Positions 1 to 7,980 of a stretch of 60,656 nucleotides of DNA are shown one piece after another (position 1 is the stretch's first letter; the number at the start of each line of letters is the position of its first letter). The translations under genes and the position numbers were made by a program. The notes beneath the pieces are model-generated. The model saw only the letters and a list, made by a program, of their open reading frames with translations, was not told the origin of the DNA and did not search any database. This DNA comes from a virus (taxonomy: Duplodnaviria; Caudoviricetes): the IMG/VR virus record IMGVR_UViG_3300021197_000990, positions 1-60,656 of that record; one strand, given 5' to 3'.

Positions 1-122
1 AGTATGTTGGTGGTGGCGTTGAGGCTGGCTTCTCGGTTGTAGGTGATAGCTTACCTGCAGCATCTGAGCAAGACACTGTAGACGAGCAAGCTGAACCAGA
101 TATGGCAAGCATGCCTTTCTAA
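1..122 (+). CDS. 3' end of the SSB gene (duplicated by the terminal overlap)
   Basis: Identical to the last 122 nt of 59682-60212. Confidence 0.9.
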   Translation, partial: YVGGGVEAGFSVVGDSLPAASEQDTVDEQAEPDMASMPF

Positions 123-132
123 TATAAAATAA

Positions 133-171
133 ACCAGATGGTCCTTACGGATCGTCTGGTATTTTTTTTTT
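133..171 (+). terminator. Intrinsic terminator after SSB
   Basis: ACCAGATGGTCC-TTAC-GGATCGTCTGGT hairpin followed by a T-run. Confidence 0.85.
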
Positions 172-184
172 GGGATGATGTTTC

Positions 185-349
185 ATGGATATACTTACAG
201 ATTTAAGAGTAATTCTCTTTATAATATTTGCAGTAATCGTATCTGCAGCTTTTTATCCTATAGAAACATGTGCAGTATTAGCAGTCTTTATACTTCAGCA
301 ACAGTTCTCCTTTTGGAGATCATTTCTTCGGTCCACTCGTGGATCTTAG
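185..349 (+). CDS. Small membrane protein, 54 aa (MDILTDLRVILFIIFAVIVSAAFYP...); second copy at 60273-60437
   Basis: Translated by hand; hydrophobic; both substitutions between the two copies are synonymous in this frame (TTA/TTG, TCA/TCG). Confidence 0.55.
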   Translation: MDILTDLRVILFIIFAVIVSAAFYPIETCAVLAVFILQQQFSFWRSFLRSTRGS

Positions 350-425
350 ATTAATTTTTCTGCGCGCCGAGACCGATCTTACAGATCGTCACGTCACGTC
401 CAGATGTTCCCTCTGGAACTCCCTT

Positions 426-494
426 AGGAGCATTAGGAGCACAGGAGCGTTAGGAGCACAGGAGCGTTAGGAGCCAGGGAGCGGGAGCAGGAGC
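426..494 (+). repeat. Tandem (A/G)GGAGC array: 9 GGAGC units here, 10 in the other copy
   Basis: Seen directly; higher-order unit TTAGGAGCACAGGAGCG. Confidence 0.9.
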
Positions 495-503
495 CTGGGG
501 TGT

Positions 504-525
504 GCCGGACAGGCGTCCATGAAAT
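504..525 (+). promoter_or_regulatory. Motif B, CCGGRC-WGGC-GTCC(A)TGARAT
   Basis: Recurs at 6631-6651 and 6669-6690, always intergenic. Confidence 0.55.
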
Positions 526-527
526 AA

Positions 528-547
528 TGTCCAGCTGAAGCTGTCCA
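528..547 (+). promoter_or_regulatory. Motif C, TGKCCA-SS-TRAA-SS-TGTCCA; putative phage promoter
   Basis: Four independent intergenic copies, each upstream of + strand genes. Confidence 0.65.
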
Positions 548-565
548 ACCATATAGGATAAAACC

Positions 566-904
566 ATGATTTTATTTAATTCAATTGTCAAACACTACTA
601 CATAGGTTTCGGCAGAAACAAAGACTATGTAGAAGGTCTGCTAAACAATGTGAAAGGTTATGTAAGCCAACGTGGTAAACTCGAGCTTTCTTATATCAAC
701 TCTTATGGCGACAAAACAGTTGCTCTAGGTAAAGTAAAAACCTTCGGTCCTTTAGTTTTCGTGAAAGCTACGGCATTCGGCTACACTAAGTGGGACGAAG
801 GTATCACCATTGCGACTATCGGTTGGAAGACTAAAAAGCATGTCTATTTAGCCACACCAATTGCACTCAATGAAATCTTAACAGTTCGTATAGAACACAA
901 CTAA
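566..904 (+). CDS. Hypothetical protein
   Basis: ORF with AGGA RBS. Confidence 0.75.
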   Translation: MILFNSIVKHYYIGFGRNKDYVEGLLNNVKGYVSQRGKLELSYINSYGDKTVALGKVKTFGPLVFVKATAFGYTKWDEGITIATIGWKTKKHVYLATPIALNEILTVRIEHN

Positions 905-918
905 TCTAAGGATTTAAT

Positions 919-1950
919 ATGGATAAATCAATTAAATACTGTTTCTCTGACACTAAAGAACCATTGTTCTGGTGTGACATCAAAGGTGAAACATGGTGGG
1001 GTTACATTGACGGTACTGTAGAGTTTCACGCAATGAGTGATGCTGACGCCGATGTTCTCTATGGACAAGGTAAAATTGTAGAAGAAGACAAAGCTTATGG
1101 AGACATGTCAGTTATGTTCGGAGATATAAACCTCAAAAACATCGGTTTACTCGGTGGTCCAATCGATGCTAACATCAAAGCCTCTTATGGAGCTGATGGT
1201 GATAAGGAAGACAAAGCAGAAGTTGGTATCATTCGTCTACCAAAAGACTATGATGCCACGTTAGTAAACACCGATATACTTCCTGATGATCTTGCAGCTA
1301 AACTAGAAATAGCACTAGCCAAAGAAGATCGTCCGTCATGCATATCTATATTGTTCGATGGTGTGCCAGGTACAGGTAAAACTATGGCCGCAGCTTACAT
1401 TGCAGACAAGATGGGTCGTAAGCTTAAATCATATAAGCTAGGTGAACTGCTTGGCAAGTATGTAGGTCAAACTGAGAAAGCTCTAATGAAAGCGTTCGAT
1501 GATGCAGAGAAAGAAGGTCACATCTTACACCTAGATGAGATCGACTCTATTGCTAGCGACCGTGGTAAAGCTGATCGTTCATACGAAGTAAAAGCTGTTA
1601 ACGCTCTATTGCAAAGTATGGATACGTTCGAAGGTATATTCATTGCAACTACGAACTCTAAGGATGGATTAGACAGTGCTATTAAACGTCGATTCCTACT
1701 TAAGAAAGAGTTCAAGAATGTTACAGGTACACAAGCTGACAAACTAGCTAAGATGTTCTTTAAGCGTAAAGCTCCTAAGAACTTACCAGATGACATTCTA
1801 GCTCCTGCAGACTTTAACCTAGTTAAACACTCATTGCTATTCATAGAAGATGACAAGATCAATAAGAAGTTCATCGAAGAGCAATTACTAGAAGAAGCTG
1901 CAGAACGTAATGACACTAAGAATAAAGCTAACAAAATAGGGTTCTTATAA
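919..1950 (+). CDS. AAA+ ATPase (classic clade) ending in KIGFL
   Basis: Walker A GVPGTGKT, pore loop KYVG, Walker B LHLDEID, sensor TTN, Arg finger IKRRF. Confidence 0.93.
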   Translation: MDKSIKYCFSDTKEPLFWCDIKGETWWGYIDGTVEFHAMSDADADVLYGQGKIVEEDKAYGDMSVMFGDINLKNIGLLGGPIDANIKASYGADGDKEDKAEVGIIRLPKDYDATLVNTDILPDDLAAKLEIALAKEDRPSCISILFDGVPGTGKTMAAAYIADKMGRKLKSYKLGELLGKYVGQTEKALMKAFDDAEKEGHILHLDEIDSIASDRGKADRSYEVKAVNALLQSMDTFEGIFIATTNSKDGLDSAIKRRFLLKKEFKNVTGTQADKLAKMFFKRKAPKNLPDDILAPADFNLVKHSLLFIEDDKINKKFIEEQLLEEAAERNDTKNKANKIGFL

Positions 1951-2177
1951 TGGTTTTTATGAATTTAGATGTTGAACTAGGTAACTATGTATTCTACTTA
2001 GAAGTAGAGTATTGGCCAAGCGACAAAGTCTACGATGTTATTGCTGTTGATGCATCAGTCCAAGGTAAATGCGGACTTAAACCCATCGATAACGAGAACT
2101 TTGTAGATGAGTTGCTCGATATGAACTATGATGAAATACTTGAATGCGTTCAAGAACATTATAGTGACATGAACTAA
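1950..2177 (+). CDS. Hypothetical acidic protein
   Basis: ORF translationally coupled to the upstream gene. Confidence 0.7.
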   Translation: MVFMNLDVELGNYVFYLEVEYWPSDKVYDVIAVDASVQGKCGLKPIDNENFVDELLDMNYDEILECVQEHYSDMN

Positions 2178-2189
2178 TAGGAGTTTATT

Positions 2190-2366
2190 ATGAACTACGA
2201 CAAACAAGATATGTTATGCAATGCTTACGCTACTGTCTGCGACGAGTTACAAGTCCTAGACAAACTAGATGATGAGCGATTTGATATTCGTATAAAAGAC
2301 CGTATCCTAGCTCTTGAGAGTGTAGCAATATTGTTGCATGATTTAGCTGTAGAAGAAATGGAGTAG
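2190..2366 (+). CDS. Hypothetical protein, 58 aa (not in ORF track)
   Basis: AGGAG RBS; MNYDKQDMLC...EEME*; fills the gap between neighbours. Confidence 0.7.
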   Translation: MNYDKQDMLCNAYATVCDELQVLDKLDDERFDIRIKDRILALESVAILLHDLAVEEME

Positions 2367-2370
2367 TATT

Positions 2371-2607
2371 ATGTCTGTCTTAACTTGGGATCAGTTCGCT
2401 GATGACAACAAACTAAATGCAACTCTATACTTTCTAGAACTAGAAGGTAGTGTAGATATGACTAGAATAGATGATGAAGTTCTGCCATACTACTGCGAGA
2501 AGTATAATGATGAGGTTATTGCAATTCTTACCGAGTGGTACGTCGAGTTCATAAGAGAACTACATAACAACGACAAACTAACACTAGGAGGTAAGCAATA
2601 TGAATAA
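2371..2607 (+). CDS. Hypothetical protein
   Basis: ORF with GGAG RBS. Confidence 0.7.
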   Translation: MSVLTWDQFADDNKLNATLYFLELEGSVDMTRIDDEVLPYYCEKYNDEVIAILTEWYVEFIRELHNNDKLTLGGKQYE

Positions 2608-2848
2608 TTCAGAAACTATAGTTCGTGCTATTCGTTCTTACTACGATGATTTAAATATGTATCAGTTCCACTTAGATAGACTTGACGATCCATATGATAA
2701 TCTCACTAGTGCAGATAAACAAAGAACTGAAGCTCTCGTCAGAAGATATGAAGATCAAGCGCTGCAAATGCTAGGCTATATCAAGATGAGGTTTCTAGAT
2801 GACATAAAGAACGCTCCATCGTCCATGAAAGAACTATGGGGCGAATAA
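2600..2848 (+). CDS. Hypothetical protein
   Basis: ORF with AGGAGGT RBS. Confidence 0.75.
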   Translation: MNNSETIVRAIRSYYDDLNMYQFHLDRLDDPYDNLTSADKQRTEALVRRYEDQALQMLGYIKMRFLDDIKNAPSSMKELWGE

Positions 2849-2927
2849 CATTGTGTCAACTATAATAATAACAGTGGCAGCTATAGGTCTCGGGATCTAT
2901 AAGCTGTCAGTAATTCTAGGAATTATA

Positions 2928-3020
2928 ATGATTGCGATCAAAGGTAATAAGAGCACTAGCTCAGCCTGCGATCGTATTCGTCAACAAAACATACGTCTTT
3001 ATGGTAAAGACTTAATTTAA
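2928..3020 (+). CDS. Possible 30-aa peptide
   Basis: AGGA RBS; MIAIKGNK...KDLI*. Confidence 0.35.
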   Translation: MIAIKGNKSTSSACDRIRQQNIRLYGKDLI

Positions 3021-3034
3021 TTATAGGTGAAATC

Positions 3035-3463
3035 ATGACTTACTTAATATACAAAAATCTTCACAATGGCTTATGGTCTATCAAATGTAAGAAAACTGGT
3101 CTAGTTGTAGGTCATGCTGAAGCCATCATTATGCAAGATGTTCAACCTAAAGTGTCAGAAGCAGGTCGCAGACGTGTTCTCGCAACTCGCTCTAAAGTTG
3201 TTCATGCATATATTGCAGGTGATATACTACATACATTTGGTTTCACTAGCTTCAGAGGTCGTAACTACTCTCAAACAAAATGCAAAGCACCACTTAATCT
3301 CTCCTCTATGACACCTAGAGAAGATATCACGTACAACCCATATCAACATTCAGAGTTCGTATTCCGTGGCTCTAATCAACCATATGCAGGTTCTGACATA
3401 GTAATTCTCACCAATGATGGTGTAGCTTGTCACGACTTTATTAACAAATCTATAGAGGCATAA
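3035..3463 (+). CDS. Conserved phage protein of unknown function
   Basis: YKNLH..WS, VSEAGRRRVL and VHAY motifs of a common phage family (from memory). Confidence 0.8.
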   Translation: MTYLIYKNLHNGLWSIKCKKTGLVVGHAEAIIMQDVQPKVSEAGRRRVLATRSKVVHAYIAGDILHTFGFTSFRGRNYSQTKCKAPLNLSSMTPREDITYNPYQHSEFVFRGSNQPYAGSDIVILTNDGVACHDFINKSIEA

Positions 3464-3465
3464 TT

Positions 3466-3624
3466 ATGACATCACTTAGCTTGCATGACATAGTAACAAC
3501 TGAAGTAACTACAAATTCTGTGAATGGCACAACGTGGACTACATACAAGTTCATTAATGATGATGGTTCGTATACAGAAGTAACAGCATTTTGTAAGAAG
3601 GAAAAAGATGATGATAACAACTAG
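3466..3624 (+). CDS. Hypothetical protein, 52 aa (not in ORF track)
   Basis: GAGG RBS; open frame filling the gap. Confidence 0.55.
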   Translation: MTSLSLHDIVTTEVTTNSVNGTTWTTYKFINDDGSYTEVTAFCKKEKDDDNN

Positions 3625-4006
3625 TGAAGTAAAATTTGACGCTTATATGAAGCAGTATGCCGCAGCACGTCTTAAAAATCCTTTGATTGCTGAGAACTGT
3701 GCAACATATTCTGAGTTAGAGCATGTAGAAACACACGAGGCTGTACGCTGGTTTGGTGGTCGAGCTAACGCTCAAGGTTTTGGTATCACTTCAACTGGTG
3801 AGCTCGTAGGTCTATTCAGTTCCGTTGCTGGAGCTGGTAACGATCTAATCAAGCATGCCATCCGTGAAGGTGCTACTTACTTAGACTGTTTCGATGGGTA
3901 TCTACCAACCTTATACTCAAAGCATGGTTTTGTAGAAACACGTCGTGAACGTAACTACACCGATGGTCAACCTGATATTATATTTATGGAGTTACGAGAT
4001 GAATAA
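3608..4006 (+). CDS. GNAT-fold (acetyltransferase-like) protein
   Basis: GAGNDLIKHAIREGA and LPTLYSKHGF resemble GNAT motifs A and B. Confidence 0.6.
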   Translation: MMITTSEVKFDAYMKQYAAARLKNPLIAENCATYSELEHVETHEAVRWFGGRANAQGFGITSTGELVGLFSSVAGAGNDLIKHAIREGATYLDCFDGYLPTLYSKHGFVETRRERNYTDGQPDIIFMELRDE

Positions 4007-4283
4007 CTTTACACCAAGATTACGTGAGCTACAAGCAGAGCTAAATGCAGCAGTTAACGAAGTAGTAGATGACTTCACTCATAAGTTCATTGATCTATAC
4101 TACGATGACTTTGTGAAAGAGCATATGTGTGCAGAAGTAGGCATCAATAGTCTTCAACTAGAACGCTTACTCGAGCTAACAGACTGTGAAATACATGATC
4201 TAGTAGATTCAGATGAAGCACGTGAAGACGCATTTGATGAAGCTGTAGCTACTATTAGAGCAACTATTAGAGATATGTACTAA
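3999..4283 (+). CDS. Hypothetical protein
   Basis: ORF; start moved to the ATG after GGAG. Confidence 0.7.
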   Translation: MNNFTPRLRELQAELNAAVNEVVDDFTHKFIDLYYDDFVKEHMCAEVGINSLQLERLLELTDCEIHDLVDSDEAREDAFDEAVATIRATIRDMY

Positions 4284-4292
4284 GGAGTTATT

Positions 4293-4583
4293 ATGAGAAC
4301 GTTGAATATTAGTGAAGATACTGCTGACACTTTGTTTATAGACTTGCTGAACGAACACTTAGAGCTAATACTTAGCACTAATACTTCGTTCATTCATGGA
4401 GACGACTTTAACAGTAGCATGAGGATCAGTAAAGCTATTAGTATCTTAATGCAACAGCTAAAAACAGACGCTGAGCATAAGCAGTGGTTAATGCATACTC
4501 TACATCCTTTACAAGATGCTTACATTTCTCATGAGTACGAACTCAACGCGATACAAGACGCTTACACCTCTAGCGAATATTAA
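4293..4583 (+). CDS. Hypothetical protein
   Basis: ORF with AAGGAG RBS. Confidence 0.7.
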   Translation: MRTLNISEDTADTLFIDLLNEHLELILSTNTSFIHGDDFNSSMRISKAISILMQQLKTDAEHKQWLMHTLHPLQDAYISHEYELNAIQDAYTSSEY

Positions 4584-4648
4584 AAAAAACTAAAGGTGAC
4601 AGTCATGGAAACAGTAATCCAAATTCGAATAAATAAAGGAGCATTAAT

Positions 4649-4951
4649 ATGATCTCAGGTGGAACTAATAATAACTCAGTCGAACAAGACTTATCCATCA
4701 CGATTATGGAAGAGGCTATCGACTTAAAACGGCGTAAGTCTAAAGACTATCAAGGTTCACAGTTTAGTCAAGCCGACTACTTCCCTTATGGTCATACAAG
4801 CTACTTACATATGTTACATACTAAAATGTTACGTATCAGATCTGTAGCTGAACAAGAATCTACTAACTTCGAGTCACTTGAAGATAGTCTTATTGACATG
4901 ATTAACTACGCCGCTATGTATGCTGCAGCTGCTCGTAAAGGAGAGGTCTAA
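4649..4951 (+). CDS. Nucleotide-modification-associated domain 1 (DUF1599-like, all-alpha)
   Basis: KSKDY...KMLRIRS...ESLEDSLIDMINYA pattern. Confidence 0.7.
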   Translation: MISGGTNNNSVEQDLSITIMEEAIDLKRRKSKDYQGSQFSQADYFPYGHTSYLHMLHTKMLRIRSVAEQESTNFESLEDSLIDMINYAAMYAAAARKGEV

Positions 4952-5220
4952 TGCAAACCAACGGAACAACCGAAATAAAACTAGACGACGAGTTACTAAC
5001 TCTAGAGGTCGAGTACAGTGGCTGGTACGATCCGGGCGTATGCTCGGGTCCACCTGAGAACTGCTATCCACCAGAAGGTGAGATGGAATGGCATATCTCT
5101 AGAGCATGGGTGTGGATTGAAGAAGCATCTATGGATATTCAGTTAACTCAAGATCAAATCAAAGAAATACTACCTAGCATCTATGACACAATCGATGCTG
5201 ACGTATCATCATTACTTTAA
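4951..5220 (+). CDS. Conserved phage protein (GPPENCYPPE motif)
   Basis: Coupled ORF with a motif recurrent in phages. Confidence 0.75.
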   Translation: MQTNGTTEIKLDDELLTLEVEYSGWYDPGVCSGPPENCYPPEGEMEWHISRAWVWIEEASMDIQLTQDQIKEILPSIYDTIDADVSSLL

Positions 5221-5230
5221 GGAATATATT

Positions 5231-5719
5231 ATGTACAAGACTATCGCACGTGGTAACGACGCTCGAGTTAAAACTTATCGTGGAACTGTAACTTCTAAAA
5301 CAGATCCAGAGTTATTAGAACTTAAAGCTAACATCAAACGTCGTAATGATGAGATCAACGCATCTAACGAACGCATTATGTCTTACATCGAACAAGGTGT
5401 AACTAAACATATTGCAGTACCTGGTGGCTGGATTAAGGTTCCTTACTCTATCCTAGACTTACAAACCACACTTCGCGTACGTCTTATGGGTCGTGGTCCA
5501 CGTGAGTCTATCAAGAGTGAAGCGCGTTCTAAAGGCTATCATGGTGATCTAAGTTGTTATCTTCCTATGGAATTTGCAACTCACTTCGATGTCTACATTA
5601 ATCATAACTCTGACGACACATTAACTAAATATGCAAAACGTCTAGGTTACAACGACTACTATGACGCATGGATTAAAACACCAGCACGTCATGCATTCGA
5701 ACCACACTTTGCATTATAA
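5231..5719 (+). CDS. Hypothetical protein
   Basis: ORF; start chosen after AAGGA. Confidence 0.75.
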   Translation: MYKTIARGNDARVKTYRGTVTSKTDPELLELKANIKRRNDEINASNERIMSYIEQGVTKHIAVPGGWIKVPYSILDLQTTLRVRLMGRGPRESIKSEARSKGYHGDLSCYLPMEFATHFDVYINHNSDDTLTKYAKRLGYNDYYDAWIKTPARHAFEPHFAL

Positions 5720-5730
5720 CAGGAGTTCCT

Positions 5731-5955
5731 ATGACCATCCCTAATGCTACATTTCTATATGGTGATGCGTTAGCTCAAGTAGATACTGTAAAGCTCGATT
5801 CAGGTTATCTAGTGCGACCTAAGGGTCAACTAGGTAACTGCGGGTTCTTTCCTTATCCATGGACAGCTGCCCATCACAAGGTAAAAGAGGTTGCACAACG
5901 TGAGTTCATATGTGGGCATCACGGCAAAATAGCTAAACACTTACGAGGTGAATAA
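5731..5955 (+). CDS. Hypothetical protein
   Basis: ORF with AGGAG RBS. Confidence 0.7.
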   Translation: MTIPNATFLYGDALAQVDTVKLDSGYLVRPKGQLGNCGFFPYPWTAAHHKVKEVAQREFICGHHGKIAKHLRGE

Positions 5956-6599
5956 TGTATAACACTGGTAAAGTAAAAGAGATATTCCAAGGCTTATATG
6001 CTAATGATACTAAACCTGAAGACGATACTATCGAAGTCATTGGTTTACAATTCTTAGCTGATAGCCCATATATCTTCCGTCCACCTAACCAAGAGTACAT
6101 CGACGCAGAAATAGCCTGGTACGAATCAGAGTCTAGATCTGTAGATAAACTTGCAGAAATATATGGCAAACGTGTAGCTATCTGGGATAGTGTCTCTGAT
6201 AACGATAACATCATCAACAGTAACTACGGTTGGTGTGTTTATAGTAAAGAGAATGGTTACCAATTCGCCAATGTTCTACAAGAACTAACTAATAATCCAA
6301 ACAGCCGCAGAGCTGTAATGATCTACAACCGTCCTGAAATGTGGACTGATTACAATCATAACGGTCGTAGTGACTTTATGTGTACTCATTGTGTTCACTA
6401 CATGGTTCGCAACGGTAAACTTATATCGCTAGTAAACATGAGGTCAAACGATCTAGTATTCGGCTACAACAACGATTACGCATGGCAGCGTCATATTCAA
6501 GCTAAGCTAGCGATGGCTCTTGAGTTACCTGTTGGCGAAATCATATGGTCTGTAGGTAATGCACATGTATACTCAAGGCACTTCAGTCTCCTCTCATAG
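5955..6599 (+). CDS. dCMP hydroxymethylase (T4 gp42-like, thymidylate synthase superfamily)
   Basis: INSNYGW, SRRAVMIYNRP, SDFMCT (catalytic Cys), VNMRSNDLVFGYNNDYAWQ and HVYSRHF are collinear with T4 gp42; Asp at the dCMP-specificity position. Confidence 0.88.
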   Translation: MYNTGKVKEIFQGLYANDTKPEDDTIEVIGLQFLADSPYIFRPPNQEYIDAEIAWYESESRSVDKLAEIYGKRVAIWDSVSDNDNIINSNYGWCVYSKENGYQFANVLQELTNNPNSRRAVMIYNRPEMWTDYNHNGRSDFMCTHCVHYMVRNGKLISLVNMRSNDLVFGYNNDYAWQRHIQAKLAMALELPVGEIIWSVGNAHVYSRHFSLLS

Positions 6600-6609
6600 G
6601 GGACTCAGT

Positions 6610-6624
6610 GCCTTCGGGCTTTTT
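6610..6624 (+). terminator. Short UUCG hairpin plus T-run; possible terminator
   Basis: GCC-TTCG-GGC-TTTTT, preceded by another hairpin overlapping the stop codon. Confidence 0.45.
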
Positions 6625-6630
6625 AGGTCG

Positions 6631-6690
6631 GCCGGACTGGCGTCCTGAAATCTGAATATTTTTTAAAACCCGGGCAGGCGTCCATGAGAT
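6631..6690 (+). promoter_or_regulatory. Two copies of motif B
   Basis: GCCGGACTGGCGTCCTGAAAT and CCCGGGCAGGCGTCCATGAGAT. Confidence 0.55.
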
Positions 6691-6725
6691 CCCATGCGAA
6701 TCCTTACGCCCACTTATTGTCATCA

Positions 6726-6745
6726 TGGCCAGCTAAAGCTGTCCA
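6726..6745 (+). promoter_or_regulatory. Motif C copy
   Basis: TGGCCAGCTAAAGCTGTCCA. Confidence 0.6.
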
Positions 6746-6779
6746 AATTTATGATGATAACACATAGGAGTAACTAAAG

Positions 6780-7211
6780 ATGTCCAAGAAAGGTATGCAT
6801 CCAAATTCGCTAGCAGCCTTAAAGAAAGGTGCCGCTCCAGAGTTTAACTCTGAGACTGCCAAGATTGCAGCCGCAAAGTCAGCTGAAGTTAGACGTCGTA
6901 ATAAAGAAGCTCGTGATGCTCTCAAAGCTACTGCAAGTAACTTTAAGAAAGTAGCGAAAGAATTATCCGACGATGTACCATCAGCTATCGAGATCTTAAA
7001 CCTGCAAATGGTAAAGGCGTTAGCTAATGATGACACTGACATGGTCATTGAGCTAGCTAAAGTACTAGCAGAATACCAAGCACCTAAACTAGCACGTACT
7101 GAGAACACAAATGTAGAAGTATCTGCAGATGATCTATCAGACGAAGAGCTAGAAGCTAAACTTAAAGCATTCTTAAAAGATGATGATGACAAAGGTGATG
7201 ACGATGAGTAA
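6780..7211 (+). CDS. Putative terminase small subunit-like DNA-binding protein
   Basis: HPNSLAAL...F..E.AK.AAAKS..RR N-terminus, LAEYQAPKL and DDLSDEEL resemble TerS-like proteins. Confidence 0.5.
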   Translation: MSKKGMHPNSLAALKKGAAPEFNSETAKIAAAKSAEVRRRNKEARDALKATASNFKKVAKELSDDVPSAIEILNLQMVKALANDDTDMVIELAKVLAEYQAPKLARTENTNVEVSADDLSDEELEAKLKAFLKDDDDKGDDDE

Positions 7212-7629
7212 CATGGCAGACACTATAAAGACTATGAATGATAGGTTCGGAGTTAACGACTGGGTAATCGACAAATTACAGAGCGATGACTTTGAGTCTG
7301 TTGAGAAGTTACTAGAGTTCCGTATTAAGGACCTATTGGCAGAAGAGTTCTTAGAGACACAAGCTGCTTTTAAGGAGAAAAACGCGGAAGAACTCGTTGA
7401 TGGTTTAGTAGACCTCATAGTAATCGCAATGGGAACGTTAGACATTCTAGACGTTGACACTCATAAAGCATTTAACAAAGTAATGAAAGCTAACCTAAGC
7501 AAAGAAGCTGGTATAAAACCAGAGCGACCAAATCCGCTCGGACTGCCTGATTTGCTAAAACCAGAAGGCTGGGTAGGACCTGATCATAGGTTTAACCATG
7601 GCTTACTACCACTTATATGGGAGGAGTAA
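7204..7629 (+). CDS. MazG-like all-alpha NTP pyrophosphatase (candidate dCTPase/dUTPase)
   Basis: EEFLE...ELVDGLVDL...V.KANLSK...LLKPEGW..PD. Confidence 0.85.
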   Translation: MSNMADTIKTMNDRFGVNDWVIDKLQSDDFESVEKLLEFRIKDLLAEEFLETQAAFKEKNAEELVDGLVDLIVIAMGTLDILDVDTHKAFNKVMKANLSKEAGIKPERPNPLGLPDLLKPEGWVGPDHRFNHGLLPLIWEE

Positions 7630-7781
7630 TGCAAAACTTAGAACTCCAATTATTAATTCTATTCCTAGGTGCAATCATATGGACCGTGGTGCTGATATTA
7701 GTAGTATCACCTGATAAGACTATAGATAAAGTAAGAGAAGAGCTGGAGGCTCACGAGAGGAACCAAGATGACAAGCTATAA
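7629..7781 (+). CDS. Small membrane protein, 50 aa (not in ORF track)
   Basis: Coupled start, GAGGAG RBS, one hydrophobic helix. Confidence 0.6.
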   Translation: MQNLELQLLILFLGAIIWTVVLILVVSPDKTIDKVREELEAHERNQDDKL

Positions 7782-7980
7782 CATACTAATACTGATCGCG
7801 ATATTCGGACCATGCATATTATTAATGTGCTTGGCTGTAAGAGAAGAACAAAAGGATAAAGCCAATGAGCAACAGAAACGTGGACGTAACGTTAACGCAG
7901 GAACTGTACGATCAAGTAACAGAAAATGCAATGAAGTACAACAAAGTAAGTGCAGAAAATGTAACTCTTGCAATGGCTAA
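7768..7980 (+). CDS. Possible small membrane protein
   Basis: N-terminal hydrophobic helix; long overlap with the next gene lowers confidence. Confidence 0.4.
   Translation: MTSYNILILIAIFGPCILLMCLAVREEQKDKANEQQKRGRNVNAGTVRSSNRKCNEVQQSKCRKCNSCNG

Larger units (their letters stand above)
1..559. repeat. Terminal redundancy, copy 1 (matches 60091-60656)
   Basis: Direct comparison: near-identical sequence from agtatgttggtgg to atataggat, with a few substitutions and indels. Confidence 0.97.

Noticed and set aside
5955-6599. Ordinary thymidylate synthase (thyA)
   Set aside because: Has Asp rather than Asn at the specificity site, and the gp42-type DFMCT rather than LPPCH
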